Source of the DNA: an uncultured Myxococcales bacterium
GTDB lineage: Bacteria; Myxococcota_A; UBA9042
Direction of reading: 5' to 3'
Assembly (NCBI GenBank): GCA_903883645.1
Contig: CAISBR010000081.1
Span: 2,833 to 66,832, forward strand
Length of the DNA stretch: 64,000 bases
Of the stretch, positions 46,513 through 59,743 are shown piece after piece. Made by a program: the position numbers and the translations under genes. Positions within the stretch are counted from its first letter, which is position 1, and each line of letters begins with the position of its first letter. The notes below the pieces were generated by a model that was given only the letters and a program-made list of their open reading frames with translations, did not search any database and was not told the DNA's origin.

Positions 46513-46527
46513 GGGTGCTGGCCTCGG

Positions 46528-46986
46528 TTACGCTGCCGTCGGCCAAACGACGGGTTGACGCTGCAGGACCGGCTCGGGTGCTTTGGGCTTGGAACTTCTT
46601 ACCGAAGTGCCAATGGATACGAGCTTTTCGGCGTCCGAGGTGGGCATTTCGAACTGAAACAGACACAGGGCCTGAACGGCCAACGTGTGAATCTTGCTCT
46701 CGACGAGGTTTTCCAATCCCGCCGTAGCTTGTCCGTGCGTCACGACATCGAAGAAAGTGTCCCAATCCTCGGGCGGGGCCCGCCGGTCAGCTGGATCCTT
46801 GCCGGCGACAACGTCCCATTGCACCACGAGTGCCGACGCTTCGACCGCCATCTTCAGGGCGTGCTGCAAATCGTCGCCCTGGGTGATCACGTCGAAGTCG
46901 AGAACATGCACCGCCCAGACCGACGGCAAGTCGTCCGGGTGGTGAAAGTGCATCGACAGATTGTAGAACTTCGCGACCATGGCCAT
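46528..46986 (-). CDS. hicB: HicB-like antitoxin
   Basis: GGAGG RBS; WAVHVLDFDVITQGDDLQHALKMAVEA partial RNase H-like HicB fold; upstream of hicA. Confidence 0.7.
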   Translation of the reverse strand: MAMVAKFYNLSMHFHHPDDLPSVWAVHVLDFDVITQGDDLQHALKMAVEASALVVQWDVVAGKDPADRRAPPEDWDTFFDVVTHGQATAGLENLVESKIHTLAVQALCLFQFEMPTSDAEKLVSIGTSVRSSKPKAPEPVLQRQPVVWPTAA

Positions 46987-47007
46987 CGGGCCTCCAGCCC
47001 TGTGGCC

Positions 47008-47036
47008 ATGATAGTCGGCGGTGCACGAACGTGCAA
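47008..47036 (-). promoter_or_regulatory. sigma70 promoter of hicBA with overlapping palindromic operator
   Basis: TTGCAC-N17-TATCAT; TGCAC-GAAC-GTGCA palindrome at 47022-47035 overlaps the -35. Confidence 0.7.
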
Positions 47037-47179
47037 TCTGGGTGCGAGAACCATGCGAAATTAGTGGGTTGTGCGACACTCCGACGCGAACCGGCGGGAG
47101 CGAGTCGACGGCGACGGCCGATGCCGGCGGGCACACGGCTTCGGAGAACGGGCCAGACCGGGCAATGCGGGGCAATGTC

Positions 47180-48271
47180 TCACACATTAAACCGGAAGTT
47201 GCAAACATCCCCATCGCGCATCACGTATTCCTTGCCTTCCATGCGCTTCTTGCCCGCGGCGCCGACCGCGCTCTCTGACCCCAACACGAACAAATCCTCG
47301 CAGTTGTAGATCTCGGCCTTAATGAAGCCGCGCTCAAAGTCGGTGTGAATCACGCCCGCGCCCTGCGGCGCCGTCCAGCCCTTGTGAATGGTCCACGCCC
47401 GCGCTTCTTTGACGCCCGCCGTATAATAGGCTTGCAATCCAACGAGATCATAGGCCGCGTGCGCCAAGCGATCCAGGCCCGAGTCGTGCAGGCCCAGCGC
47501 GGTCAAGAACTCGGCGCGCTCGTCCTCGTCGTCTAGTTCCGAGATCTCCGCCTCCGTCTTGCACGACAGCTCGACCACCGCCGCCCCCTCGGCCTTGGCC
47601 AGCGCCCGCACACGCTCTAAGTACGGATTTTCGGTGCCCGGGTCGGTGGTATTGGCCACGTACAGCATCGGCTTGCGCGTCATCAGCTGCAGATTCTTAA
47701 GGTGAATCTCTTCTTCTTTGGCCACTTGCATCGTGCGAGCCGGCTGTCCCGAGTTGAGCACCGCGTACACGCGCTCGAGCAGCGCAACCTCGGTCACGAT
47801 GTCTTTATCGCCCGTTTTCAGCAGCTTCTGCTGCTTGTACAGCCGCCGCTCCACTTGCTCCAGGTCGGCCAGCGCCAGCTCGGTGTTGATGATCGCCGCA
47901 TCGCGCTCGGGGTCGACCGAGCCCTCGACGTGGACCACATCACCGTCGTCAAAGCAGCGCAATACATGGGCAATTGCGTCCGTCTCGCGGATATTCGCCA
48001 AGAACTTGTTGCCCAGCCCTTCGCCTTTGCTGGCACCCTTGACAAGTCCTGCGATGTCAACGAACTCCATGGTTGTATAGATGATCGTCGGCGTACCCAC
48101 AATCTTGGCAATCCGGTCGAGGCGCGGATCACGCAGCGGCACGATGCCCTTGTTCGGCTCAATGGTGCAGAACGGGTAGTTGGCCGCTTGGGCACCGGCG
48201 CGCGTCAGTGCATTGAAAAGCGTAGATTTTCCAACATTTGGCAGCCCAACAATACCGCACGACAGACCCAT
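47180..48271 (-). CDS. ychF: Redox-regulated ATPase YchF
   Basis: GIVGLPNVGKSTLFN, NYPFCTIEPN, DIAGLVKGASKGEGLGNKFL, IHTDFERGFI, EGKEY..DGD..FRFNV; ATG 48271. Confidence 0.97.
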   Translation of the reverse strand: MGLSCGIVGLPNVGKSTLFNALTRAGAQAANYPFCTIEPNKGIVPLRDPRLDRIAKIVGTPTIIYTTMEFVDIAGLVKGASKGEGLGNKFLANIRETDAIAHVLRCFDDGDVVHVEGSVDPERDAAIINTELALADLEQVERRLYKQQKLLKTGDKDIVTEVALLERVYAVLNSGQPARTMQVAKEEEIHLKNLQLMTRKPMLYVANTTDPGTENPYLERVRALAKAEGAAVVELSCKTEAEISELDDEDERAEFLTALGLHDSGLDRLAHAAYDLVGLQAYYTAGVKEARAWTIHKGWTAPQGAGVIHTDFERGFIKAEIYNCEDLFVLGSESAVGAAGKKRMEGKEYVMRDGDVCNFRFNV

Positions 48272-48437
48272 GGTGACCTCGTTGCGCCAAGACGGGGTCG
48301 GCGCGGGGGCGCGGATTTCACCACGGTAGCGCGGCGGCAGCAAGCCATGTCGGCGCAAACAGTTGACAACCCTCCGCACGATCGGCAGTTTGCGGTTCGC
48401 GGCGGTGTAGCGAGGCGCTCTCGCTTCGCCGCAGACG

Positions 48438-51400
48438 ATGTCGAGCCAGCCGCCGCCAATTCTGCAAAGCATCACAGGGGTGTTTGCCCCCACGTCGCTC
48501 GCGCGCGGCAGTCGGGGTCATGCCGAAGCTGCGCCCTTGCGTGCCGCCGATGGCTTGACCCGGCGGCTGCTGCTCGCGCGCGCGCGCTGGCGTTGGGTCA
48601 CGTCGGTCGAAGCCGTGCTGCTGGGCCTTGTGGCTGCCCTGTTTGTGACGGCTTTTGGCTTAGCGATCGCTACGTTGCTGCACAAGACCCTGGGTGTGGG
48701 GCGCCTGCTCGCGTGGACTGCACTGGTGCCGGCGCTGGGCACAGCCCTAGCGATGCTGGTGCACCGGTTCAACTCGGGACGCGACTTGCCGCAGTGGGCC
48801 GCACTGCGGGCGGTGCGCCATGCCGAAGTTGATGGTGAATTGCTAAAGACTGGAGCAGAGCTAGCCAAGCAGCTGCAGGCCGGAGCGCCCGCTTTGAGTC
48901 TGGGCTCGCCGTGGTTGCTGGTCGAGACCCTGCACCAAGCCGAAGAACAAGCGCGCGGGCTCGACATCGACGCAGCCGCGATCGGTGCCCGCTGCCAGCG
49001 CTACTCGGCGTCGCTGGTGGCTGCGCTGCTGCTGGCGGTGCTGGCCTGGCGGGTAGTGCCCGATACCTGGCACGACTGGTGGGCAGACCCCGTGCAACCT
49101 GAAGTAGCCCCTCGCGATATTGGCACAATGGTCAGCGATTCGCGGGTGCGCGTGGACCCGCCGGCCTACGCGGCCACGGTAGTGCCGGCGCGCGACGACG
49201 AAGGAGCTGAAACGACGGTGCTGCGAGGAAGTCATGTCACCATCGAGACTTCACCCCTTCCAGGCATGATCATCGAAGCCGTCGAAGTTCAGTCGACCGT
49301 GGCGGGCCACACCCACAGCGAGCGCCAGCCTGTGGCTGAGTTGCCAGGCAAGGGCATGGTGTGGCAGGCGACGTTGCTGGACCCGGCGAAATACCGCTAC
49401 TTGGGTCGCGACGACCAGCACCAGCCGGTGCGCGAGACCGCGTGGCGCGAGCTGCGCGTGCAGGCTGACCATCCGCCGCGGGTGGCGCTCGATAAGCCGG
49501 GCGGCGATGTCGAGGTTCGGCCCGGCCAGAGCGTCGCGCTACAGGCCCAAGTTGATGATGATATTGGTCTTTTACAGGTTGAACTGGTGATCCAGCGGCC
49601 GGCCACGGGTCTGGAGCGCCGGCCCATCGAGGTGCGCGGTAACCCGGCGCACCACACGCTGCGCGAGAGTCTGCCGGTCGACGGACTCCAACTGCGCCCT
49701 GGGGAGTCTGCCGAGATCTATGTCGAAGCGGCCGATACCAACCCGTTTGATGGCGCCCGCAAGGGCACCTCGCGCAAACTGCGAGTGCGCATGTTCTCGG
49801 CAGACCGGCAGCACAGTAAAGTACTCGATTCGCTTGGGCAAGTGGCCGACGCGTGGACCCTGCGGCTGGCCGACCGCGTCGAACGCGATCCCGGCGAGAC
49901 CCACGCCGAGCTAACCGAAGCCCTCAAGCGCCGCGAAGAGCTCTCGAGCGAAGAGCGAAAGTCGCTTGATTCCCTTCATCAACTGCGCATCGACTTGGCC
50001 GACGACGCACTGGCCCGCCCGCGCTCGCTCGCCGACCTCGACGCGATCGACAAGTTGCTGAGCGACGCCCTGAGCGACGAGGCCCGCGCGGTGCCAAGTG
50101 GCGACACCATCGCCGAGGGCTATGCCGCCGTACGCCAGCTGTACCAAGTGCAGCGCAACCACGCACAAGTCGTTGCCGCGCAAGAACAAGCCGTGGTGGC
50201 CCTGACGGAGCTAGCCGGCGACGAGCGCGAGGCCGCCTTGGTACGCGACAGTGCTATGCTGGCGGATACACAACGCAAGCTCTTGTCAACGCTCGAAAAA
50301 ATGGCCGACACCAACAGCAAGCCGATGCAGGCCGAGGCGGAACGCTTACTCGACTTGGTCGAGCAGCAGATCGACCGACTGGCCACCACCGCGCAAAAGC
50401 AGGCGCGGCAAGTGCCGCACGAACACGTTAATGCCCAGGCCATCGATCCCAGCGGACTGCCTCGCGATTTGGCGGATCAGCGCAGCGGGCTGGCCGAGGT
50501 GCGGCGGCTGCTGCGCGAGGGCAAGAGCCGTGAAGCGCTTGAAAAGATGCGGCAGCTCGCCGAGAACTTGGCGCAATCGACCGGCGGCGTGCAGCAGGGG
50601 CTGGCGCAGCACCGCGGTGCCGAAGATCGCTCGTATGAACGGCTTTTGCAGGACCTCCGCCGCGGCATCGACCGCGCGCTCGATGGCCAGGGCCGCATCC
50701 GCGACGAGCTGCGCAGCCCGGCCGAAGAGCAGCAGCACGGCCAAGACGATGTGATGCGGCAAATGCGCGACACGCTTGCCCCGCAGCTACTTGATATGAT
50801 TGGCGATATTCGCGAAACGCTCAAACCAGCGCGGCTGCGCACCACGGCCCTGCGCAGTGGCGGGGCGATGGCCGATGCCCGGCGCGCCCTAGATAGCGTG
50901 GCCGATGCCCTGCAGCGCGGCAGCCTAGATGCGGCCATGCAGTCGCTGCAAGAGGCCCAAGACGAGGCGGGCGCGGCGCGGCGGGCTTTGGCCCAAAGTG
51001 GCGAAAATGCCAAAGACGTTCAAGCAGATGCCAAGCGAGTCGATGCCGCCCTCGACCGCCTAAACAAAGTGGCTGAACGCCTGCGCGAAGCCATGCCCGA
51101 GGCGGCCGAGTTGATGCGCCCCGCGAGTCGTCAGCGGGTTGCCAGCCTGGGTGAGCCGCAGGCACAGGTACGCAATGCCCTAGAGCGACTTGAGAAGCAC
51201 CTGCGCGAGGCCGGCGATGCCCATCCTGCCCTGCAGCAACAGGTCGGCGAGCGGCTGGGGCACGCGCTGCAAGTCCTGCGCGAGGCCGAAGATAGCCTGC
51301 GCCGCAGCGATGCCAAGCGCGCCTTCGAGCAAACTGCTGAAATTCTCGACACCTTAGAGCGTGCGAGCGAGATGCTGCAGCAAGGCCAGGGCTCGGGCCA

Positions 51401-51584
51401 AGCTGTGCCCGACGATGTGGAGCAAGTGGGCATGGATCCTGGCGGTTCGGCCGAGATTCGCGCGGGCAACCAGAACGACGCCGTCGACCGCTTCCGCGAC
51501 GAAGTGCTGAAATCGATGCAGCAACCCGAGCCCGGCGGCTGGCACGACCGCCTGCAGCGCTACTACAAGGCCATCTCGCGCTAG
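48438..51584 (+). CDS. DUF4175-like membrane protein with Ig-like and coiled-coil regions
   Basis: N-terminal TMs, PPAY, DHPP.V, DDDIGL, long helical Q/E-rich region, terminal RYYKAI. Confidence 0.75.
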   Translation: MSSQPPPILQSITGVFAPTSLARGSRGHAEAAPLRAADGLTRRLLLARARWRWVTSVEAVLLGLVAALFVTAFGLAIATLLHKTLGVGRLLAWTALVPALGTALAMLVHRFNSGRDLPQWAALRAVRHAEVDGELLKTGAELAKQLQAGAPALSLGSPWLLVETLHQAEEQARGLDIDAAAIGARCQRYSASLVAALLLAVLAWRVVPDTWHDWWADPVQPEVAPRDIGTMVSDSRVRVDPPAYAATVVPARDDEGAETTVLRGSHVTIETSPLPGMIIEAVEVQSTVAGHTHSERQPVAELPGKGMVWQATLLDPAKYRYLGRDDQHQPVRETAWRELRVQADHPPRVALDKPGGDVEVRPGQSVALQAQVDDDIGLLQVELVIQRPATGLERRPIEVRGNPAHHTLRESLPVDGLQLRPGESAEIYVEAADTNPFDGARKGTSRKLRVRMFSADRQHSKVLDSLGQVADAWTLRLADRVERDPGETHAELTEALKRREELSSEERKSLDSLHQLRIDLADDALARPRSLADLDAIDKLLSDALSDEARAVPSGDTIAEGYAAVRQLYQVQRNHAQVVAAQEQAVVALTELAGDEREAALVRDSAMLADTQRKLLSTLEKMADTNSKPMQAEAERLLDLVEQQIDRLATTAQKQARQVPHEHVNAQAIDPSGLPRDLADQRSGLAEVRRLLREGKSREALEKMRQLAENLAQSTGGVQQGLAQHRGAEDRSYERLLQDLRRGIDRALDGQGRIRDELRSPAEEQQHGQDDVMRQMRDTLAPQLLDMIGDIRETLKPARLRTTALRSGGAMADARRALDSVADALQRGSLDAAMQSLQEAQDEAGAARRALAQSGENAKDVQADAKRVDAALDRLNKVAERLREAMPEAAELMRPASRQRVASLGEPQAQVRNALERLEKHLREAGDAHPALQQQVGERLGHALQVLREAEDSLRRSDAKRAFEQTAEILDTLERASEMLQQGQGSGQAVPDDVEQVGMDPGGSAEIRAGNQNDAVDRFRDEVLKSMQQPEPGGWHDRLQRYYKAISR

Positions 51585-51771
51585 TCGCCGGTGCCTTGAC
51601 AGCCGCGGCCGCCGTCCTTTCCTGACTTCTGTCGCCGACGCGAGGGTTGCGATAACCTTAACCACCTCAACCGACTAAGTATTCGCCGGCCATTGCGCCG
51701 TGTGAATGCAAAGCAACGGGCAGAGAGGCGCGCAGGACAAGCGTCGAACCAAGCCGGCACAAGGAGTTTCT

Positions 51772-54357
<2,586 letters not shown>

Positions 54358-54363
54358 TGGCCC

Positions 54364-55740
54364 CTACGCGCCAATCGCCGCCACCACACTATCGGCAATG
54401 CGCATGGCATGGGCGCGCACCTGCTCGGCGTCGCGGCCTTCGACCATCACCCGGCACTTGCGCTCAGTGCCCGAATAGCGAACCAGCACGCGGCCTTGGC
54501 CCAACAGCTCGCGCTCAACTTCGCTGATGATGCCCGACACGGCCAGCAACGTGTGGATCGGCGGCTTCTCGCGCACCGGCAGGTTCAGCAGCACCTGCGG
54601 CACCGTGTGCATCACCGCCGCCAGTTCCGATAGCGGCCGCTGCTCGCGCTGCAAAATCCCCAGTACTTGCAAGGCCGCCAGCACCCCATCGCCCGTGGTG
54701 GCGTGGTCTAAGAACACCAAGTGCCCCGACTGCTCCCCGCCCAGATTGTAGCCGCCCCTGCGCATCGCCTCGACCACCAGCCGGTCGCCCACATCGGTAC
54801 GCAGCACGTCGATCCCCGCCTCGCGCAAGGCAATTTCAAAGCCGTAGTTACTCATCACGGTGGCCACCACGGTATTGCCCCGCAGCGTGCCCTGCGCCTT
54901 CATCCGCGTCGCACAGAGCGCCATGGTGTGGTCGCCATCGACCACTTGGCCCTTTTCATCGACCAGCACCAATCGGTCCGCATCGCCGTCGAGCGCCACG
55001 CCCAGTTGACAACCGTGTTCAACCACCGCCCGCGCCAGCCCTTCGGGGTGCAACGCGCCGCAGCCTTCGTTGATGTTCACGCCGTCGGGCCGGCCATTGA
55101 GCAGCACCACCTCGGCGCCCAGCTCTTCAAACACCATCGGCGCCACTTTGTAGGCCGCACCGTGGCCAGCATCCACAGCAATTTTCAGACCATCCAAGGT
55201 CAAGTCGTTGGCCAACGTCGTCTTTAGCTTGACCGTATAGCGCCCCCAGGCGTCGTCGACGCGATGCGCCCGGCCAATGTCGAGCCCGCGCGCCAGACTC
55301 GCCAGCAGCGGCGCTGGGTCAGCCACCCAGTCCTCGATCTGCACTTCGAGCTCGTCGGGCAGTTTAAAGCCGTCCCGACCAAACACCTTGATGCCATTGT
55401 CGCCATAGGGGTTGTGCGAGGCGGAGATCACCACACCCGCATCGGCGCGCATACCCACGGTCATAAAGGCGATTCCCGGCGTCGGCAGCGGCCCGACCAG
55501 GTACGCATCGGCGCCCACCGAGCACAGCCCAGCGACCAGAGCATTCTCGAACAAATAGCCCGACCTGCGCGTGTCCTTGCCAATCAGCACCCGGGGCCGC
55601 TCGTGGCGACTGCTGCGACCACAGAGCACACCAATGGCCCGGCCGATCTGCACCGCGTTCTCGACCGTCATCGCCCCCGAGTTGGCTTCGCCGCGCACGC
55701 CGTCCGTGCCAAAAAGCTTGGCTCTAGCCTGTCTTGCCAT
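54364..55740 (-). CDS. glmM: Phosphoglucosamine mutase
   Basis: FGTDGVRG, GKDTR.SGY, SASHNP, DGDADR, GGEQSGH, RYSGTE; ATG 55740. Confidence 0.95.
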   Translation of the reverse strand: MARQARAKLFGTDGVRGEANSGAMTVENAVQIGRAIGVLCGRSSRHERPRVLIGKDTRRSGYLFENALVAGLCSVGADAYLVGPLPTPGIAFMTVGMRADAGVVISASHNPYGDNGIKVFGRDGFKLPDELEVQIEDWVADPAPLLASLARGLDIGRAHRVDDAWGRYTVKLKTTLANDLTLDGLKIAVDAGHGAAYKVAPMVFEELGAEVVLLNGRPDGVNINEGCGALHPEGLARAVVEHGCQLGVALDGDADRLVLVDEKGQVVDGDHTMALCATRMKAQGTLRGNTVVATVMSNYGFEIALREAGIDVLRTDVGDRLVVEAMRRGGYNLGGEQSGHLVFLDHATTGDGVLAALQVLGILQREQRPLSELAAVMHTVPQVLLNLPVREKPPIHTLLAVSGIISEVERELLGQGRVLVRYSGTERKCRVMVEGRDAEQVRAHAMRIADSVVAAIGA

Positions 55741-55778
55741 GGTGGTCTCCGCTCGATTCAGCTTGGGGATTGCGCCGC

Positions 55779-58700
55779 CTACGGGCAAAGATTGGCATAG
55801 CCCGGTGTGCCGCGATCGCGCGCGCCGCAGCGGCTCTGGACGGCAAACAGGTCGTATTTCCACAAGACCTTGCTGCCATCTTGCACCGCCGTCATCGGCT
55901 GACACACGGTGGGCGCGGGGCAGTCGCTCGCCGATGCACAAGGTGGCGGGTCGGTGGCGTACGTCGATGCGCCCATGTACAGGCCGTAGCCGCAGGTCGG
56001 TCCGGCCGCAAGCCAGCACTCGGGCTTGTCGTTGTCGGCTGGCGTCAAGCAGGTGGGCGACAGCATCGCCGAGTTCCCCAGGCCCCACGGCAGCTTGCCG
56101 GCATTCACCTCGTCGACCACCGCCCCCGCAGTGTTGACGAGCTGCAGCTTCCAATCCAAGTGGATGTTCTTCAACTGAAACAGCCCTGCCGTTGCCATAT
56201 CGATCCAGGCGTACACGGGCTTCAAGTTGTTGTTTTGCGCCGGGTCTGCCACCGCGAGCAGCAGCGCGTACGACTTGGCCGGCACCACCGGCGGGTTGGC
56301 GACGTTCGGCCCGCCCGCCGTCACAACATGGCTATATACGTCTGAAACCAGCTTCCAACCGGTCAGGTCGATGGTCTCGCTGGTTGGGTTATACACCTCA
56401 AACCACTCGCCCTTGCTGTCGATGACCGCATCGGGGTCGACCATCACTTCGCTAATCACCAGCGTGCCCTTGGGCTGCGGCGGCGCTTCTTTCTTGCACT
56501 GACCCGAGCAGCCGTCGCCATCGGTCTGGTTGCCGTCGTCGCATTCCTCGCCAATGGCCGCAGTGATGAGGCCGTCGCCGCACTTGGGCGCAGGCTTGCA
56601 CTGGCCGCCGACGCAGATCAGGTCGGTGCCGCACGCTGTATTGTCGGCTTGGCCCTCGCACGGGTTGATGCACGGCGGATTGGCCTGCCCAGGTGAGCCA
56701 AAGTCGCCCGCACCGTAAGCAGCCTTGCCTTCGCACCAATTCTTGGCATCGTCGTTCTTGGCAGGGTCGTAGGCTGACGGATCGAGCTGCATCGACTTGC
56801 CCTCGACCACGGGGAACTGCGTCGCACAGCTGCCGGGGGGCCCTGGCGCATAGCAAGCCGCCTGCTTCGGAATGTACGTCACTCCGTCGATCGTCTTGCC
56901 ATTCCAGTCCAAAACCACATCGTCGCCCGTGATATTGCCCAGCGAAAACGGCGACGGCGGAGCGGTGAACCAACCTACTTGCGTCGGCGCGCCGCCATTG
57001 AGCAGCTTGTCCGCCGAGCCGCCCACCACAAAGTAGCTGCCGGGCGCGATCCAGAGTGGCTTGGGCGACGACAGCACAAACTTGTTGGTACCGTTGTCGC
57101 GCAATACCCACCCGTTGATGTCGACCGGCAGGTCGCCGGGATTGAACAACTCAACCCACTCGCCATACTCGTCGCCCACCGCCTTGGGATTCGCCATAAT
57201 TTCAGTAACTAGAACTTGCCCGGCAACAAAATTCTCTTTTTGGCAGTTCAGCGAGCAGCCATCGCCGCCCGAGGTGTTGCTGTCGTCACAAGTCTCGGCG
57301 GCTTCAACAGTGCCGTTGCCGCAAGTCGGCGAGTCGCAGCCGTCGCCCAGTCCATCGCCATCGCTGTCGATTTGCGTCGGGTTGGGCGTGCCGGGGCAGT
57401 TGTCACACACATCGCCCACGCCGTCGCCGTCCATGTCGCCCTGCTTGGGATTGGCCACTTTCGGGCACACATCGCACGCATCGCCCAGCTTGTCGCCGTC
57501 GCTGTCGGTCTGGCCCAAATTGCCTACAAACGGGCAGTTGTCGATCTCGTTGAGCACCGCATCGCCGTCTTGGTCCTGACCGGCAGGCGTGCAAGTGGGG
57601 TTGGGCTGGCCAGGGCTGCCAAAGTTGCCCGGCACGCCGCTAATCGCCGTCGACGAGTAGCACCAGTACACCAGCTTGTCGTTCTGCAGCGTCGTCGCAT
57701 AGCTGGGGTCGAGCTGCAGCGAAATGTTGGTCTTGACCGGGGGGGTATTCAGGCCATAAGCTAGGATATCCACGATCTTTTTACCCGGCACATCGACAAT
57801 TGTCAGGGTATCGCTCGTCGGGTCGAGCAAGAACTCCGCGCCCGGCTTGTTAAAGGCGTACTGCGCATTCACATTGCCATTTAGCGCCTTGTTGTTATTC
57901 GCCGCCAACACCACAAAGCCCTTGGCCGGCACGATGACCGTATCGGTAATCACATGCGTCTTAGGCTTGCCGGCGACACCATTCTTTACCTGCAGTTGCC
58001 AGCCCTTAATCGGCACCGGCGCGCCCGTATTGTTGTACAGCTCGAACCACTGCCCCGTGGCGTCGTCGATGTTGTCGCCGTGGGGCACAATTTCGTTGAT
58101 CACCAAGTTGCCGGGCAAAGCTGCGCCGATCACGCATGCATCGCAGCCGTCGCCCACATAGTCATTGCCGTCGTCGCAGCTCTCGCCTAGGTCGAGCTCG
58201 CCGTCGCCGCAGATGGCCGGATCGCATGCATCGCCTTTGCCGTCCTTATCGGCATCAGCCTGGTCAGGATTGGGCTCGGCCGCGCAGTTGTCGCAAGCAT
58301 CGCCCGCGCCATCGCCGTCGCTGTCTGGCTGCGAGCCGTCGGACTCGGCCGGGTCAAAGTTGTTCGGGCAGTCGTCCATCGAGTCGGGCACGCCATCTTG
58401 GTCCAAGTCGGGCGGCGCTGGGCAAGCTGGATTGGCCACGCCCGGCGTGCCGTAGTCGCCACTCGGCAGCTTGTTCGGCGAGGCGCAAAAACCCTTCCAG
58501 TCGTCGTTGCCAGTGGCCGAAGTCATGGTCACATCAAGGTTCAGTGCCGCGCCCTTCCAGTCGATGATCGGCCACGACTGCGTCCACGCCACCTTGTCGA
58601 GCACCACCGGCACGGCGTAATCGGCACGAATCAGCAGCGTATCCTTTAGGTTATTGAACGACGTGCTGGCATACACATAGTCGTACATGTTGCCGCCGTT

Positions 58701-59447
58701 GGTCGTCTTGTTGCCGTTGCGCCCCAGCACCTTGTATTCGCCGGGCTTGATCGTCAGCTTGCCCGTGCAGCCATTGATCACATGCTTGTCGGTGCCGCTG
58801 TCGTCGGTCATGGTCAGACCGTTTAAGTCGACGTCTTTGCTCGAATTATTCTTGACCTCAAACCATTCACCCGCATCGTCTTTGACGGCGAGCGGCCACA
58901 CCATGATCTCGGTAATCACCAAGTCGCCGGCCTTCAAGCTCTTCTGCGGCGCTGGCGCGGTCTTGGGCGGGGTGCATTTTTCGCCACACGTGCCGTCGGT
59001 TTGCAGCTCGTAGCCGATGTTGCAGTTGCACTGCGCCTTGTTATTCAACTTGGTACACAGGGTCTTGTTGGGGTCGGTGCACGGATTGGGCGTGCAGGGG
59101 TCGCTGCTCACGACTTCGCTCTTGGCGTCGCCGGTGTCGGTTTTGACGTCGCCCGTGTCGTCGCCTGAGCCGTCCGCGGCATCCGTGGTCACTTCCTCCG
59201 CGACGGAGTCCCAGCCGCTGTCGAGGCCGCTATCTTTGCCTACGTCTGGGCCGCCGCTCTGGGTGTCCGTTCCCCCCACGCTGACATCAAAGCCGGGGAA
59301 CACATAGCCACCCGCGTCCGCCGGCGAGGCCGTGTTGCTGCCGCAACCTGTGGCCAACACGAGCATGGCCAAGTTGGTCGCAGTAGCAGCCCATACCACC
59401 GCAAGGCGGTTGCGGAATCGGACGGCAGGTAGCAGCACGTGGGGCAT
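55779..59447 (-). CDS. Large lipoprotein: four lamin-tail domains with TSP3 Ca-binding and myxobacterial Cys-rich repeats
   Basis: LATGC lipobox; four LV(I/V)xE(I/V)...(E/Q)W(F/V)E domains ending G(T/S)PG; DxDGDGxGDACD repeats; CGDG..ExCDDGN repeats. Confidence 0.85.
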   Translation of the reverse strand: MPHVLLPAVRFRNRLAVVWAATATNLAMLVLATGCGSNTASPADAGGYVFPGFDVSVGGTDTQSGGPDVGKDSGLDSGWDSVAEEVTTDAADGSGDDTGDVKTDTGDAKSEVVSSDPCTPNPCTDPNKTLCTKLNNKAQCNCNIGYELQTDGTCGEKCTPPKTAPAPQKSLKAGDLVITEIMVWPLAVKDDAGEWFEVKNNSSKDVDLNGLTMTDDSGTDKHVINGCTGKLTIKPGEYKVLGRNGNKTTNGGNMYDYVYASTSFNNLKDTLLIRADYAVPVVLDKVAWTQSWPIIDWKGAALNLDVTMTSATGNDDWKGFCASPNKLPSGDYGTPGVANPACPAPPDLDQDGVPDSMDDCPNNFDPAESDGSQPDSDGDGAGDACDNCAAEPNPDQADADKDGKGDACDPAICGDGELDLGESCDDGNDYVGDGCDACVIGAALPGNLVINEIVPHGDNIDDATGQWFELYNNTGAPVPIKGWQLQVKNGVAGKPKTHVITDTVIVPAKGFVVLAANNNKALNGNVNAQYAFNKPGAEFLLDPTSDTLTIVDVPGKKIVDILAYGLNTPPVKTNISLQLDPSYATTLQNDKLVYWCYSSTAISGVPGNFGSPGQPNPTCTPAGQDQDGDAVLNEIDNCPFVGNLGQTDSDGDKLGDACDVCPKVANPKQGDMDGDGVGDVCDNCPGTPNPTQIDSDGDGLGDGCDSPTCGNGTVEAAETCDDSNTSGGDGCSLNCQKENFVAGQVLVTEIMANPKAVGDEYGEWVELFNPGDLPVDINGWVLRDNGTNKFVLSSPKPLWIAPGSYFVVGGSADKLLNGGAPTQVGWFTAPPSPFSLGNITGDDVVLDWNGKTIDGVTYIPKQAACYAPGPPGSCATQFPVVEGKSMQLDPSAYDPAKNDDAKNWCEGKAAYGAGDFGSPGQANPPCINPCEGQADNTACGTDLICVGGQCKPAPKCGDGLITAAIGEECDDGNQTDGDGCSGQCKKEAPPQPKGTLVISEVMVDPDAVIDSKGEWFEVYNPTSETIDLTGWKLVSDVYSHVVTAGGPNVANPPVVPAKSYALLLAVADPAQNNNLKPVYAWIDMATAGLFQLKNIHLDWKLQLVNTAGAVVDEVNAGKLPWGLGNSAMLSPTCLTPADNDKPECWLAAGPTCGYGLYMGASTYATDPPPCASASDCPAPTVCQPMTAVQDGSKVLWKYDLFAVQSRCGARDRGTPGYANLCP

Positions 59448-59743
59448 CTCAATTTCCTCGTCCAGGGCCAGGGCCTGGCTCTTCCCTCTGGCCGGGGCAG
59501 GTCCGCGAGGCCACTGAATTCAGCCGCGCGGCGAGCCTACCGCTCCAAACCCCACAGTATAAGGATCGCGTCCACCGCAGCGCAAGGACACGGCTGCCTC
59601 GGATTTGCCAGGACCTGTCGGCGCCAATTGCGTTTCGAGTACCTGCCCCTATCCAGCGCGCGGATAGGACTCGAGAGCGATTGATCTACGCCGCGGGCAG
59701 CGCTACCGTGCGCGGCGCAGCCAACGCGCTGCCTGGAGCGAAC

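Noticed and set aside
51585-51771. CIRCE/HrcA or other heat-shock operator upstream of clpB
   Set aside because: No TTAGCACTC-N9-GAGTGCTAA match; a TTGACA is present but has no properly spaced -10.
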